Positions 40,000-49,357 of a stretch of DNA of 64,000 nucleotides are shown here, piece by piece (position 1 is the first letter of the stretch; the number at the start of each line of letters is the position of its first letter). Origin of the DNA: an uncultured bacterium (GTDB lineage Bacteria > Bacillota_I > Bacilli_A > RFN20 > CAG-826); NCBI GenBank assembly GCA_949299165.1, contig CASFZJ010000005.1, positions 12,974 to 76,973 on the forward strand. The letters run 5' to 3'. A program made the translations under genes and the position numbers. Below the pieces are notes generated by a model. It saw only the letters and a list, made by a program, of their open reading frames with translations, was not told where the DNA came from and ran no database searches.

Positions 40000-40729
40000 A
40001 GATAATTTCTAATTCTCTACCATTAGAATTTCTTGCTAATTCTGTTTTTTCTTCTTCACTAAACACTCTTTTTGCAATTACTAAAATTTTAATTTTTTTA
40101 GGATTTAATTCCTTTAGTAACTTAAGACAAGATTTTAATGTTGAGCCCGTTGTACAAATATCGTCAACTAATAAAAGATTTTTTCCTTCTAGATTAGGAA
40201 GGTCTTCTTTAAACTTGATGTATTTATAAATTTCTTTTCGAGCAAAATAAGATTGATCGGATTGTTTAATTGGTTCTGTTTTCAAAAAAATGTCGTGTAT
40301 TGTTAAGCCCAAGCACTGAAACATGAAAATTACATGATTTCCCATCTTTTCAACGTTGTGCGATGGAGCAACAACAATTTCGTAGTTGTGATAAAGAAAT
40401 CTTAATTCATTCACAAAAGGACCGACAAAAATATTATTTAATTCAAAATCTCCACAACCTTTATATTGATATATTCTCTCTTTGGTGACGCCATCATATT
40501 CATAAAGTGATAAAGCTTCTATATCGTCAATTTGAAATTCAATAAATTCTGGATGCATTTCGTTTAAACACGAATAACAGATTGCGCCTTCATTTAAAAT
40601 TGAGTGATATGAGCCGTCTTTAATTTCTTTAAAACAAACTTTACAAACTTTTGTTGGCGTCTTGAATTGTGGCTCTTGCTTCAACCATTTCTTCAGTTTT
40701 TCTTTGGCCGATAAAAATAACTTCTCCAT
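39998..40729 (-). CDS. comFC: ComF-family phosphoribosyltransferase-like competence protein
   Basis: N-terminal CKVC..CYSC Cys pairs and the PRTase motif LLLVDDICTTGST. Start at 40729 (GGAG RBS) overlaps comFA by 89 nt. Confidence 0.8.
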   Translation of the reverse strand: MEKLFLSAKEKLKKWLKQEPQFKTPTKVCKVCFKEIKDGSYHSILNEGAICYSCLNEMHPEFIEFQIDDIEALSLYEYDGVTKERIYQYKGCGDFELNNIFVGPFVNELRFLYHNYEIVVAPSHNVEKMGNHVIFMFQCLGLTIHDIFLKTEPIKQSDQSYFARKEIYKYIKFKEDLPNLEGKNLLLVDDICTTGSTLKSCLKLLKELNPKKIKILVIAKRVFSEEEKTELARNSNGRELEII

Positions 40730-41783
40730 CTGTAGCTCCGATTTTTCTTCCTACTCTTCCTGCAATTTGAATCAAGGCTTCTTTTGTGTAAATAAAAGAA
40801 GAAGAATTAAACACAATAACTTGTAAATTCTTAAGAGTTATACCTCTTTCTAACACTGACGTGGTAACTAAATATCTATATTCATTATCCCTAAATTTTT
40901 GTATAGATTGTGCCCTATCTTTTCTTTTAGAATGCACTAAATACCCTTGTTTTGCGAAAATTTTTAGCAAAATGTAGAGATTTTCACACTCTTCAATAGT
41001 TGGAACAAACACAAGCAAAGGAAAATCATTTTCATTTAATATTTTCCTAACTTTATAAATTAAGTAGAGATAACAAATTATTTTTGGTGCAACAAACAAA
41101 CTTGGTTCTGGTATCTTTTTGCCATGATATCTTTTAAAGAGCGTAACTACTTTATTGTTTCCTTTTTTATACTCTCCTAACAACTCATCCGAAGGAGTAG
41201 CTGACATTATAATGTAATTTCCTTTAACACTTCTTTTAAAGAAAGCGTTTAATACAAAATTATCTTTAAAAGGGAACGCGTCAATTTCATCTAAAATTAA
41301 TAAATCAAAATAATCTTTATAACGATAAAGTTGATGTGTTGTTAAACAAATTATGTCGCCATTTAAATCGCTCGTATGGCCTCCATAAAGCGAAATCACT
41401 TTATAACCTTTAAAGGCACTTTTTAATCTTTCGGATAGCTCAATTACGACATCTCGTCTTGGAATTCCAAATCCAACACGCCCGCCATTTTTTAAAACAA
41501 ATTCAATTGTTTGATAAACGAGCTCGGTTTTTCCTGCACCGCATACAGCATAAATTAATGTATTTTCTTTGTTGCGGTAATTTTTAAAAACTTCGTCGCT
41601 TACTCTTTTTTGGTCTTCACTTAATTCGTAATTAATTTCAAGATGTCCAAAAGAATTTAAAAAGATTTCGTTTTTCGCTTCTTCACCAATAAAAGATATG
41701 CATCGCCTACAATACGTTTCGCCTTTATAATTAACACCAAAATATTTTGGGTCCTCGTTACCACATAAAGGACACTTCGTAAT
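40641..41783 (-). CDS. comFA: ComFA-like DEAD/DEAH-box helicase, apparent ATT start
   Basis: The frame is open for 128 codons upstream of the track GVG-type start (GTG at 41399). That stretch encodes the 4-Cys finger (KCPLCG..YCRRC) and Walker A (CGAGKTE), with no in-frame ATG/GTG/TTG. AAAGGAGG lies 8 nt upstream of ATT at 41783. DEID box and GRVGR motif lie downstream. Confidence 0.75.
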   Translation of the reverse strand: MTKCPLCGNEDPKYFGVNYKGETYCRRCISFIGEEAKNEIFLNSFGHLEINYELSEDQKRVSDEVFKNYRNKENTLIYAVCGAGKTELVYQTIEFVLKNGGRVGFGIPRRDVVIELSERLKSAFKGYKVISLYGGHTSDLNGDIICLTTHQLYRYKDYFDLLILDEIDAFPFKDNFVLNAFFKRSVKGNYIIMSATPSDELLGEYKKGNNKVVTLFKRYHGKKIPEPSLFVAPKIICYLYLIYKVRKILNENDFPLLVFVPTIEECENLYILLKIFAKQGYLVHSKRKDRAQSIQKFRDNEYRYLVTTSVLERGITLKNLQVIVFNSSSFIYTKEALIQIAGRVGRKIGATDGEVIFIGQRKTEEMVEARATIQDANKSL

Positions 41784-41791
41784 TTTAAAAA

Positions 41792-41817
41792 CCTCCTTTC
41801 ACTTAATACGAAGGAGG
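41792..41817 (-). promoter_or_regulatory. SD-sequestering hairpin in the comFA leader
   Basis: mRNA sense: CCUCCUU-cguauuaaguga-AAGGAGG. The 3' arm is the comFA SD. Two flanking G-U pairs can extend the stem. Confidence 0.5.
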
Positions 41818-41919
41818 CCAATTCGAAAAATGTTAAAAATTTTTTAAACTTTTTTTGAAAAATTTTTTTACAAATCTAATTTTTACGATAATTATCGCAT
41901 TTTTTCATTTAAAAATTTT

Positions 41920-42360
41920 TTAAAAATTTTCGTAATTTTTTATGGTATCCACTCGAACTTGGTGCCTACCGCCTTCAAATGGAGAAGTTAAAAATATATC
42001 AACTCTTCTAATTACGTCCTTTAAATCCATATAAAGCGCACCAAACGATATCATATTGGCATCGTTGTGCCCTCTTAATAATTTTGCGACAGTGTCATTG
42101 TATCCAATACCACATCTCACACCTTTGACTTTATTAGCTGCAATTGCAACGCCTTCACCACTACTACAAATTAAAACACCAAAATCCGCATTTTTATTAG
42201 CAACATCTTCAGCGGTTTTAAGCGCAAATTCTGCATAATTACAAGAATCTAAAGAATTTGTTCCTCTATCTATTACTTGATAACCTTTTTCGATTAAATG
42301 TTTTTTAATTTCTTCTTTATATTCGTATCCGCCGTGATCACTAGCTATAGAAATTGTCAT
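41920..42360 (-). CDS. rpiB: ribose-5-phosphate isomerase B
   Basis: RpiB/LacAB family: IASDHGG and CSSGEGVAIAANK motifs. Confidence 0.9.
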   Translation of the reverse strand: MTISIASDHGGYEYKEEIKKHLIEKGYQVIDRGTNSLDSCNYAEFALKTAEDVANKNADFGVLICSSGEGVAIAANKVKGVRCGIGYNDTVAKLLRGHNDANMISFGALYMDLKDVIRRVDIFLTSPFEGGRHQVRVDTIKNYENF

Positions 42361-42959
42361 TTTATTATTTCCTCCACTTCTTCAAGACTTATAGGTCCTT
42401 TTCTTATTAAAGTTATTTTACCACTATCTATTTTAAAAATTGATGAAGGTGTTCCATTATAACATTCGCCTTCAACAACTCCATCAATTGAGTCATGAAA
42501 ATATTCGATTACTTCGTTATCATTTTTTGCTGGAGGAAACGATGAAATATTTGCACTTGGCACAAGTAAAGGCTCACCGACCTCTTTTATCATATTAATT
42601 ACGAAATCATCATCTGGAATTCTTACACCAACAAAACCAGTACCTAAATCAACAAAATGCGGCACATCCGTTTTTGTTTTTAAAATTAAAGTAATAGGAC
42701 CTGGCATAAAATGATTAATTATCATTTCGGTTTTTTCGTCAATTTCAACGAATTTTTCAAAATCTTCAATTTTTGAACACATCAAAGTGAAGGGTTTGTC
42801 ATTTGGTCTATTTTTAACTTTAACTAACTTTTCATAATTTTCTTCTGAACTTGCTTTTATACCTAAGCCAAAAACGGTTTCAGTTGGAAAAGCGAGAAGA
42901 CCATTATTCTTTAAAATTTCAGCGCATTTTGATATATCTTTTTTAGTTAATTTGATCAT
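42357..42959 (-). CDS. tsaC: L-threonylcarbamoyladenylate synthase (YrdC/Sua5 domain)
   Basis: FPTETVFGLG, KNRPNDKPF and SANISS motifs. Confidence 0.85.
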   Translation of the reverse strand: MIKLTKKDISKCAEILKNNGLLAFPTETVFGLGIKASSEENYEKLVKVKNRPNDKPFTLMCSKIEDFEKFVEIDEKTEMIINHFMPGPITLILKTKTDVPHFVDLGTGFVGVRIPDDDFVINMIKEVGEPLLVPSANISSFPPAKNDNEVIEYFHDSIDGVVEGECYNGTPSSIFKIDSGKITLIRKGPISLEEVEEIIK

Positions 42960-43815
42960 ATTTATATCCTTTTAAAATGAACAAAAATCTAGTTAATCCA
43001 TAAATATCTTTTAAAAACATATATTTTTTATCGCTTGGAAAATATTCTTCGACGAGTTCTGTTAATTGATGTTCTTGGTCATAATTAATTTCAAAAGCCA
43101 TCATAAATTTATCGTTCATAAATTTTCGGTAGTTTTGAAAAACATCTCGATAGAAAGCAACCCCATCTTCTGAATAAATAGCGTTCATCGGTTCGTTTTT
43201 CTTCACTTTTTCTTCAATATCTTCTTTGTTTTGAACATATGGTGGATTTGAAATAAAAACATCAAACTTAACACCTAATTCGATGAAAGGTTTCGTTTTA
43301 TCTCCACACAAAAAGTTAATGTCCAAATTTAAATTTTTGGAATTTTGAGAAGCAACTTCTAAAGCATCTTGAGAAATATCGCTACCATAAATTTGTGAAT
43401 CTTTAAAACTATTTTTCATAAAAAGAGCGATACAACCAGAACCTGTGCACATATCTCCGATGGCCTTGTGCTCTAATTCTAATTTTTCAATAAAATACCT
43501 TGTTTTAGTTACAAGCTCTTCAGTTTCTACTCGAGGTATTAAAACTCTTTGATCTACGTAAATATCTAAATCGACAAATGGGGCAGAATTCAAAATATAT
43601 TGAATTGGTTCACCGTTAAATAATCTTTCTTTTAATTCATTAAAAAAGTTGAGATTTGCAAGGTTTTTGTCGAAATTTAGTATTAAATTAGTATAATTCT
43701 GGTAGTTATTTACCTTCTCAATAAGCAGAAAAATCTCGTTATCACTAATCTCTAAATTTTTATTTTTTACCTCTTCTTTTGTTTTGAAAAATATTTCTCG
43801 ATTAGTTAATTCCAT
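42943..43815 (-). CDS. prmC: release-factor glutamine N5-methyltransferase
   Basis: DMCTGSG SAM motif and ISNPPYV. Sits immediately downstream of prfA. Confidence 0.9.
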   Translation of the reverse strand: MELTNREIFFKTKEEVKNKNLEISDNEIFLLIEKVNNYQNYTNLILNFDKNLANLNFFNELKERLFNGEPIQYILNSAPFVDLDIYVDQRVLIPRVETEELVTKTRYFIEKLELEHKAIGDMCTGSGCIALFMKNSFKDSQIYGSDISQDALEVASQNSKNLNLDINFLCGDKTKPFIELGVKFDVFISNPPYVQNKEDIEEKVKKNEPMNAIYSEDGVAFYRDVFQNYRKFMNDKFMMAFEINYDQEHQLTELVEEYFPSDKKYMFLKDIYGLTRFLFILKGYKYDQIN

Positions 43816-44887
43816 TTTGATTTCCAGCTATTTTTTGTTGTTGATCATAGTTAATTAAAGCATCAACAATTGAATCTAAATCGCCATTAATAACTCTATC
43901 AAGTTGTTGAATAGTAAACCCAATTCTATGGTCAGTAACTCTATTTTGTGGATAGTTATATGTTCTGATTTTTTCGTTTCTGTCACCACTACCAATCTTA
44001 CTTCTGTATTGAGCTTCAGTTTTAGCTTTCTTTTCTTCTTCAAGTTGAGCTAATTTAGAAGCTAACATTTGCATACAGATTTCGTGGTTTTGAATTTGTG
44101 ATTTCTCTGTTTGACAAGAAACAACAATACCACTAGGAATATGTGTAATTCTTACAGCCGATTCAGTTTTGTTGACGTTTTGGCCACCTGCACCTTGAGA
44201 TCTATAACGATCAACTTTTAAATCCGCAGGATTAATATTAACTTCGTGTGCTTCAACTTGAGGCATAACAACAACTGTTGCAGTTGATGTGTGAATTCTG
44301 CCGTTTGCTTCAGTCTTTGGAACTCTTTGTACTCTATGAACACCACTTTCAAACTTCAATCTAGAATAAGCGTCATCGCCACTAACAACAAACGAAACAT
44401 AAGAATATCCGCCAACTCCAGTAGGAGATTCGTCTAAAATTTTAACGTGCCAACCTTTATTTTCACAGTATCTAACATACATTCGAAATAAGTCACCAGC
44501 AAAAATATTTGCTTCATCGCCACCAACGGCACCTTTAATTTCAAAAATGATATCTTTTCCATCGTTTGGATCTTTTGGTAATAAAAGAATTCGCAATTCT
44601 TCTTCGACTGTTTCAATTAAAGATTCGTTCTTTTTTAACTCTTCCTTACCCATTTGAGCTATTTCTGGATCCTTATCATTGCACATTAAAAGAGCATCAT
44701 TTTTATTTTGTTCTGCAAAACAGAATTCATGATATTTATCAACAATAGGTTCAAGTTGGCTTCTTTCTTTGCTTAACTTCTTGAAAAGATTCATATCAGA
44801 GGAAGTTTCTGGTTGTAATAATAAATCATCTATTTCTGCTAATCTTTTTTCGCTTGTATTAAGTCTATCTCTCATGCTTTTATCCAT
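43802..44887 (-). CDS. prfA: peptide chain release factor 1
   Basis: GGQ ([11 protein letters not shown]) and the RVPKTE..GRIHTS region. Start set to the second ATG (44887), 8 nt after GGAGG. Confidence 0.95.
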   Translation of the reverse strand: MDKSMRDRLNTSEKRLAEIDDLLLQPETSSDMNLFKKLSKERSQLEPIVDKYHEFCFAEQNKNDALLMCNDKDPEIAQMGKEELKKNESLIETVEEELRILLLPKDPNDGKDIIFEIKGAVGGDEANIFAGDLFRMYVRYCENKGWHVKILDESPTGVGGYSYVSFVVSGDDAYSRLKFESGVHRVQRVPKTEANGRIHTSTATVVVMPQVEAHEVNINPADLKVDRYRSQGAGGQNVNKTESAVRITHIPSGIVVSCQTEKSQIQNHEICMQMLASKLAQLEEEKKAKTEAQYRSKIGSGDRNEKIRTYNYPQNRVTDHRIGFTIQQLDRVINGDLDSIVDALINYDQQQKIAGNQNGIN

Positions 44888-44986
44888 TTTCATTTCCTCC
44901 TCAATTCAAAAAATTATACAAAAAAAGTGTTAATAATTAAATAACTAGTTAAAAAGCTAAAAAGTAAAAATTTCTTGAAAAAAATT

Positions 44987-45055
44987 AAAAAATCCCGGGA
45001 ATTTTTAAAAAAATTATTTCTTTTTTCTATTCCAACAAAAACCGTGAAAACTTTT
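44987..45055. repeat. intergenic A-run/core/T-run modules in the prfA/dnaX divergent region
   Basis: Modules: aaaaaatcccgggaattttt, aaaaaaattatttcttttttc, caaaaaccgtgaaaactttt. Confidence 0.45.
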
Positions 45056-45148
45056 ACCTTTCTTTTCACAAATAATTATTACATAAAACACTAATGTTTG
45101 AATTTTTAAAACTCGATTTAATGTGTATAATTAATAAGGTATTAATTC

Positions 45149-46840
45149 ATGTCTTATTTAGCACTTTATCGAAAATATAGAAGCAAAAATTTTGACGAAC
45201 TTGTTGGTCAAGAGGCAATAAAAAGAACTTTGGAGAACTCTTTAAAAATCCAAAAAATTTCACACGCTTATCTTTTTAGCGGACCAAGGGGTACTGGCAA
45301 AACTAGCGTTGCACGACTTTTTGCAAAAGCTTTAAATTGCGAAAAAGGTATAGGACATATTTGCAACGACTGTCCAAGTTGTAACGCAATTAATGAAGGC
45401 TCTCATCCTGATGTTATTGAAATTGATGCTGCAAGTAATAGCGGCGTTGATGAAGTTAGAGAACTAATTGAAAAAGTCAAATACGCCCCAATTCAAAGTA
45501 GATATAAAATCTATATTATTGATGAAGTTCATATGATGACAAATAGTGCTTTTAACGCACTTTTAAAAACACTTGAAGAACCACCAAGTTATGTAGTTTT
45601 TATTCTTTGCACTACCGAACCTTATAAACTTTTGCCAACAATTTTAAGTAGATGTCAAAGATATGAATTTAAGAAAATCACAGATTCAGAATTAAAAAAG
45701 CTAATTGTTCGTGTTTTAAGTGAAGAAAATATCACCGCAACAAATGATGCAATCAATTTAATTGTTGAATTAGCAAATGGCGGAGCAAGAGACTCTTTAT
45801 CAATTCTTGATCAAGTTATCTCGTATGCTGGTTCAAATATCGAAGAAAGTGATGTTATTAAAATGTTTGGACTTGTTTCAAGCCAAGATAAAATTCGTTT
45901 ATTAGAAGATATAAAAGAAAAAAATACTTTAAAAGTTTTGAAATCATTTGATGAAATGATCCAAAAAAACACTGATTTATCTAGATTAGTTAATGAATTA
46001 TTAAATCTTTTAAAAGATTCCTTGGTTTATTTAAAAACTCGAGATAAAAACTTAATCACATCTTCAAAAGAAGACGACGCAAAAGAAATCATGCTCAAGT
46101 TCGAAGAAAGCGAATTAATGAATTACATCGAACAACTTTTAAAATGTCAAAACGAATTTAAAACAACTTCCGATCCAAATTTCTTATTTGAAATTTATTT
46201 GTTGAAATTACTTGGTTTAGAAAGCACAACTTCCACTCAGGTTGATGCAACTAAAGAAGTCGTTAAGGAAGTAAGAGCACAAGAAAACGTAATGCAAAAA
46301 CCTGTCGAAATTTCAGAAAAGCCTGCAAATCTCAACTCTTTTGTTGAAAAACCTATCGAAATTAAAAAAGAAGAACCACAAGTTGATATTAAACTTAAAC
46401 CTTCTACTACTGAATTTGCACCTCTTTCTATTGATGGAGATATTAGACAAATCACAATAGATGAACTCATCAAGTTAACGATAATTTCTAACAAAGACGA
46501 AAGAAAAGTACTTACAAACAGATGGTTGGCACTAGAGCAATTAATTAATGATCCTCACGAAGGGCCTTACGCTTCTTTACTACTAGATTCCAAACCATAT
46601 ATTGTTACAAATTCTAACTTAATTCTTATTTGCGACTATAAAAACACCGCGAAAAAGATAAACATCATCTCTAACCAAGAAGGTTTAAACAAACTTGTTA
46701 AAAAACTACTTGGTCGAAAAGTTTGTTTATATGCTCTAAATAGAGATGAATCAACCGAATTAATTAAAAAATATCGTAATCTTCAAGAGTTAAATCACTT
46801 GCCAAAGAAAAGCGATATAGAAGATACAAAATTATTTTAA
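45149..46840 (+). CDS. dnaX: DNA polymerase III subunit gamma/tau
   Basis: GPRGTGKTS Walker A, Zn module CNDCPSCNAI, DEVHM, SRCQ. Confidence 0.95.
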   Translation: MSYLALYRKYRSKNFDELVGQEAIKRTLENSLKIQKISHAYLFSGPRGTGKTSVARLFAKALNCEKGIGHICNDCPSCNAINEGSHPDVIEIDAASNSGVDEVRELIEKVKYAPIQSRYKIYIIDEVHMMTNSAFNALLKTLEEPPSYVVFILCTTEPYKLLPTILSRCQRYEFKKITDSELKKLIVRVLSEENITATNDAINLIVELANGGARDSLSILDQVISYAGSNIEESDVIKMFGLVSSQDKIRLLEDIKEKNTLKVLKSFDEMIQKNTDLSRLVNELLNLLKDSLVYLKTRDKNLITSSKEDDAKEIMLKFEESELMNYIEQLLKCQNEFKTTSDPNFLFEIYLLKLLGLESTTSTQVDATKEVVKEVRAQENVMQKPVEISEKPANLNSFVEKPIEIKKEEPQVDIKLKPSTTEFAPLSIDGDIRQITIDELIKLTIISNKDERKVLTNRWLALEQLINDPHEGPYASLLLDSKPYIVTNSNLILICDYKNTAKKINIISNQEGLNKLVKKLLGRKVCLYALNRDESTELIKKYRNLQELNHLPKKSDIEDTKLF

Positions 46841-46859
46841 AAGAGAGGGAAATATTTAT

Positions 46860-47165
46860 ATGAACATGCAACAAATGGTCCAAGCAATGCAAAAATTGCA
46901 AAGACAATATGAAAAAGAACATAAACTTTTAGAAGAAAAGGAATTCACTAACACTGCTAATGGTGCTGTCACTGTTACCATGAAAGGCAACCTCGACATA
47001 GTTAGTATCGAAATTCTTGATGATGATTTATTAAAAGAAAAAGAAGATTTAGTCGAAATGATTAAACTCGCCTATAACGGATGTAAAGAACAAATTAATG
47101 ATGCTGAAGAAGCATTAGCTGATAAATTCCAACAAGCTAATCGTAAAGGAGGCTTTCCTTTTTAA
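46860..47165 (+). CDS. ybaB: YbaB/EbfC nucleoid-associated protein
   Basis: 101 aa in the conserved dnaX-ybaB-recR position. MQ..MQKLQ N-terminus. Confidence 0.9.
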   Translation: MNMQQMVQAMQKLQRQYEKEHKLLEEKEFTNTANGAVTVTMKGNLDIVSIEILDDDLLKEKEDLVEMIKLAYNGCKEQINDAEEALADKFQQANRKGGFPF

Positions 47166-47761
47166 TGAAGGATTTAAAAGTCGTTGATAAATTAGCTGAT
47201 TCATTTTCTCAATTTCCATCAATTGGTACAAAAACTGCTGAAAGAATGGCATATGCTCTTTTAGATATGCCTCAAGATGAGGTTGAAAACCTTTTAAAAA
47301 ACATCAAAGAAGCAAAAAGTAAAATTCATCCTTGTCCAATCTGTGGCATTTTAACTGATGAGGAATATTGTTCAATCTGCATAGATCCTGATAGAAATCA
47401 CGAAGAATGTATTGTTGTTGCCCTTTCAAAAGATGTATTGCCTTTTGAAAAAATAGGCACATATAACGGCACATATCATGTTTTAGGTGGTTTAATTAAT
47501 CCAAGCAAAAACGTCGGACCTGAAAATTTAAAGATTGAAGAACTTGTTAATCGAATTGAAAAAGAAGGAATTAAAGAGTTAATTATTGCAACAAACGCCA
47601 CTCCAGAAGGCGAAATCACTGCTCTTTATATTTCAAAAATTGTTTCTGATAAAAATATTAAAATTACACGTTTAGCCTATGGCATGCCTATTGGAGCTTC
47701 ATTTGATTACATTGACTCACTCACACTAGAAAAGGCTCTTAAAGGACGCACTAAAATTTAA
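47165..47761 (+). CDS. recR: recombination protein RecR
   Basis: HhH N-terminus, C4 finger CPICG..CSIC, Toprim domain. Confidence 0.95.
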   Translation: MKDLKVVDKLADSFSQFPSIGTKTAERMAYALLDMPQDEVENLLKNIKEAKSKIHPCPICGILTDEEYCSICIDPDRNHEECIVVALSKDVLPFEKIGTYNGTYHVLGGLINPSKNVGPENLKIEELVNRIEKEGIKELIIATNATPEGEITALYISKIVSDKNIKITRLAYGMPIGASFDYIDSLTLEKALKGRTKI

Positions 47762-47771
47762 GGAGAAAACT

Positions 47772-48398
47772 ATGTTTATTACTTTTGAAGGACCTGATGG
47801 AAGCGGAAAATCCACAATTATTAAAAAAGTTTATGAAAAATTAGTCAGCGAAGGCTACGACATAGTTTTAACTAGAGAGCCAGGCGGCACTCCTATCGCT
47901 GAAAAAATTAGAAATATTATTTTAGATAACGACAACCAGGAACTTGATGCTCGTAGCGAAGCACTTTTATATGCTGCTAGCCGTAGACAACATCTTGTTG
48001 AAAAAATCTGGCCAGCACTAAAAGAAGGAAAAATCGTATTATGCGATCGTTTTATTGATTCAAGTATTGCTTATCAAGGGGGCGGAAGAAATATTGGCGT
48101 TACAAACGTATTAAACGTTAATCTTTTCGCAACTGAAAACACCTATCCAGATTTAACAATCTTTTTTGATGTCTCTCCTGAAGTAGGCCTGGCAAGAGTA
48201 AACCACGATAAAAAAAGAGTTGCTGACCGACTTGATAATGAAAATGAAAATTTCCACGATAAAGTTTACGAAACTTTTAAAGAAATCGTGGAAAATAATC
48301 CAGATAGAATTGTAAGTATCGATGCTTCAAAATCAATTGATGAAGTTTTTAATACAACTTATAAAATTATCAAAGAAAAATTAAATGGATTACGTTAA
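47772..48398 (+). CDS. tmk: thymidylate kinase
   Basis: FITFEGPDGSGKST P-loop and DRF motif. Confidence 0.95.
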   Translation: MFITFEGPDGSGKSTIIKKVYEKLVSEGYDIVLTREPGGTPIAEKIRNIILDNDNQELDARSEALLYAASRRQHLVEKIWPALKEGKIVLCDRFIDSSIAYQGGGRNIGVTNVLNVNLFATENTYPDLTIFFDVSPEVGLARVNHDKKRVADRLDNENENFHDKVYETFKEIVENNPDRIVSIDASKSIDEVFNTTYKIIKEKLNGLR

Positions 48399-49356
48399 TT
48401 ACTTAAAAACATATCAAGAAATTCCATATAAAGTTTTTGAAAATGCTTTTAAGCATCATAAAATTTTTCATGCCTATCTTTTGGTTGGTGAAAAAGGCAC
48501 ACCACTTTTAAATATTGCAAAATTTTTAGCAGCGAGCATTATCGACCCTGAAAGTTCGCCTTTTGCAAATCAAGATTCTTTAATAACAAAAAGAATTTTT
48601 GATGAAAATTATGTAGATTTGCGAATTTTTGATACAAAAACAAGACAAATTAAAATTAATGAAATTAGAGAATTAGAAACTGCTTTTTCAAAAACTGGCA
48701 CTGAAAAATTTTCAAAAAAAGTTTACATTATTAACTTAGTTGAAAATCTTTCACTCGACGCAACTAATGCTTTACTTAAATTCTTAGAAGAGCCTTTAGA
48801 AGACACATATGCTTTTTTGACGACTGGAAACGATAAAAGAATTCTTCCAACTATTTTAAGTAGAGTCCAAACAGTTCATTTCACTTTGCTTCCTCAATCT
48901 GATTTGATCGAGCAAGCAAAAATGCTTGGAGTTGAAGATAAAAAAGCTGAAATTTTATCTTTTTACTTTAATGACCCAGATTTAATTAAAGAAAACGAAA
49001 ACAATCAAAATTTATTAAAAGTCATAAATCTTGGCGAAAATTTATTGGGATTTGCTGATATGTATTCGTTTCTTTTAAACTTTTTGCTCAATAATGTCTT
49101 TAAATCTATAAAAGACAAAACTGAATATCGCCAATTTTATGATTTATTAATTATATTTTTTAAAGAAGCAATAAAGATTAAATACAAAGAGCAAACAGTC
49201 CTAAAAAAATATGATAAAATACTAAATAAGTTAGTTAATTTAAACGAAATTGAAGATAAGGTTATTCTTTTAATGAATGCTCGTAACGAAATTAATTCAA
49301 ATCTTAATCTTCAATTATTAACTTACTCTACTTTAGAACAAATTTTTGGTAACTAA
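48385..49356 (+). CDS. holB: DNA polymerase III delta' subunit
   Basis: AAA+-like fold with a degenerate P-loop, SRVQ motif, position after tmk. Confidence 0.85.
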   Translation: MDYVNYLKTYQEIPYKVFENAFKHHKIFHAYLLVGEKGTPLLNIAKFLAASIIDPESSPFANQDSLITKRIFDENYVDLRIFDTKTRQIKINEIRELETAFSKTGTEKFSKKVYIINLVENLSLDATNALLKFLEEPLEDTYAFLTTGNDKRILPTILSRVQTVHFTLLPQSDLIEQAKMLGVEDKKAEILSFYFNDPDLIKENENNQNLLKVINLGENLLGFADMYSFLLNFLLNNVFKSIKDKTEYRQFYDLLIIFFKEAIKIKYKEQTVLKKYDKILNKLVNLNEIEDKVILLMNARNEINSNLNLQLLTYSTLEQIFGN

Positions 49357-49357
49357 G

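Noticed and set aside
40641-41399. Reading comFA as a truncated 252-aa gene or pseudogene, as in the ORF track.
   Set aside because: The same frame stays open for 128 codons upstream, encodes the expected zinc finger and Walker A, and is preceded by a consensus SD. The truncation comes from requiring an ATG/GTG/TTG start.
44894-45148. An SRP (4.5S/scRNA) gene, which often sits upstream of dnaX in Firmicutes, and a possible oriC at the strand switch.
   Set aside because: The 255-bp gap is almost pure A/T. It has no GC-rich helix and no conserved SRP domain-IV-like sequence. No TTATCCACA-type DnaA boxes and no dnaA/dnaN are present.
45120-45148. A TATAAT at about 45127 as the dnaX promoter.
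   Set aside because: It is plausible but leaves only a ~10-nt leader, and no convincing -35 or TG extension is present. This is not enough support to list it as a feature.
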